Shown here piece by piece: positions 31,525-32,000 of a stretch of 32,000 nt of DNA. Below the pieces are notes generated by a model that searched no databases, had not been told where the DNA came from, and saw only the letters and a program-made list of their open reading frames with translations. The stretch is from Hyperthermus butylicus DSM 5456 (GTDB lineage Archaea > Thermoproteota > Thermoprotei_A > Sulfolobales > Pyrodictiaceae): contig NC_008818.1 of the NCBI RefSeq assembly GCF_000015145.1, positions 120,001-152,000 on the forward strand, written 5' to 3'. Position 1 is the first letter of the stretch. Every line of letters starts with the position of its first letter. A program made the position numbers and the translations under genes.

Positions 31525-32000
31525 ATGGTTAAGCCTCGTAGGTCACGTAGGCATAGTATCTTACTTGTAGCTGGTGTACTAGCTGTCGTAGTTGGTGTTG
31601 TAGCAATGTTCATGACGTATTTTCGGGGAGGAGGTGGCAGCGCCGAATTCTGCCTGGGTGATGGGCCAGCTGTAGCGGTAGTCTACGTGGATGGCCAGGA
31701 AAAACTTGCAGAAGAGCTCAAAAGGTATCTCGAACTCCAGCTAGCCGGGCATATCAGTGGTGCTAGATACTGTACCATAGAGGCGTCAAAGTTTGGAGAC
31801 GAGTTTAGGGTGTATCCGGTCATACTTGTGAAAGCCCAGAACATTAGCAGCCAGCTCGCCTCAATACTCCTAAACACTACGGTGAAGGATGGCTGGAGGC
31901 CAGTGAGGCTAGACTATACAGCGGCTTTTGCAGCCCAAATAGCAGTACAGCTCGGCGTCAAAGGCCCAGTGTACCGTAATACTGCGACGCTACTCGTAGT
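31525..32000 (+). CDS. Hypothetical membrane-anchored protein, 5' part; continues beyond the window end
   Basis: Absent from the ORF track because it has no stop in the window. From ATG 31525: MVKPRRSRRHSILLVAGVLAVVVGVVAMFMTYFRGGGGSAEFCLGDGPAVAVVYVDGQEKLAEELKRYLELQLAGH... It stays open for 158 codons to the window edge. It has a basic N-terminus and one TM helix, followed by a soluble domain of unknown family. Confidence 0.5.
   Translation, partial: MVKPRRSRRHSILLVAGVLAVVVGVVAMFMTYFRGGGGSAEFCLGDGPAVAVVYVDGQEKLAEELKRYLELQLAGHISGARYCTIEASKFGDEFRVYPVILVKAQNISSQLASILLNTTVKDGWRPVRLDYTAAFAAQIAVQLGVKGPVYRNTATLLV

Noticed and set aside
1-32000. CRISPR arrays, IS elements/transposases, integrases and rRNA genes
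   Set aside because: I found no regularly spaced direct repeats, no transposase- or integrase-like ORFs, and no rRNA-like sequence on either strand.

Overview
This window looks like a compact archaeal chromosome segment, probably from a hyperthermophilic crenarchaeon (Desulfurococcales/Pyrodictiaceae-like). That placement is an inference from gene content, separate IPCT and DIPPS genes, frequent TTG/GTG starts and short intergenic gaps.

Gene order, left to right:
- nrdD, a dNK-like P-loop kinase and nrdG (minus strand; nrdG runs off the window start).
- tRNA-Gly(GCC).
- An accessory-looking segment of about 7 kb: a small protein and a 953-aa protein that both carry archaeal class III (prepilin-like) signal peptides, a secreted sequon-rich all-helical 627-aa protein with a frame-broken 3' continuation, and about 1.16 kb with no credible gene.
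- tRNA-Glu(UUC).
- A 4-TM membrane protein, a protein made of eight tandem CBS domains, a PH-domain membrane protein split by a -1 frameshift, and vapB plus a frameshifted vapC.
- IPCT and DIPPS (di-myo-inositol-phosphate synthesis), and the ADP-forming acetyl-CoA synthetase beta subunit.
- A C4-dicarboxylate cluster: malic enzyme, sdhA-C-D-B, and class I fumarase alpha and beta.
- A 732-nt non-coding, hairpin-dense region that may encode structured RNA.
- A DUF62 SAM hydroxide adenosyltransferase.
- An iron-uptake locus: feoB and a FeoC-like gene diverging from a DtxR-family repressor, feoA and a small ORF, with a perfect 16-bp palindrome between them.
- An M32 carboxypeptidase and a partial membrane-anchored ORF at the right edge.

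The best leads are the pilin-signal, lectin/propeller and coiled-coil surface cluster, which has no assembly machinery nearby; the unassigned structured non-coding region at 24.5-25.3 kb; and five single-nucleotide frame breaks at short nucleotide runs in three genes. I saw no CRISPR array, integrase, transposase or rRNA.
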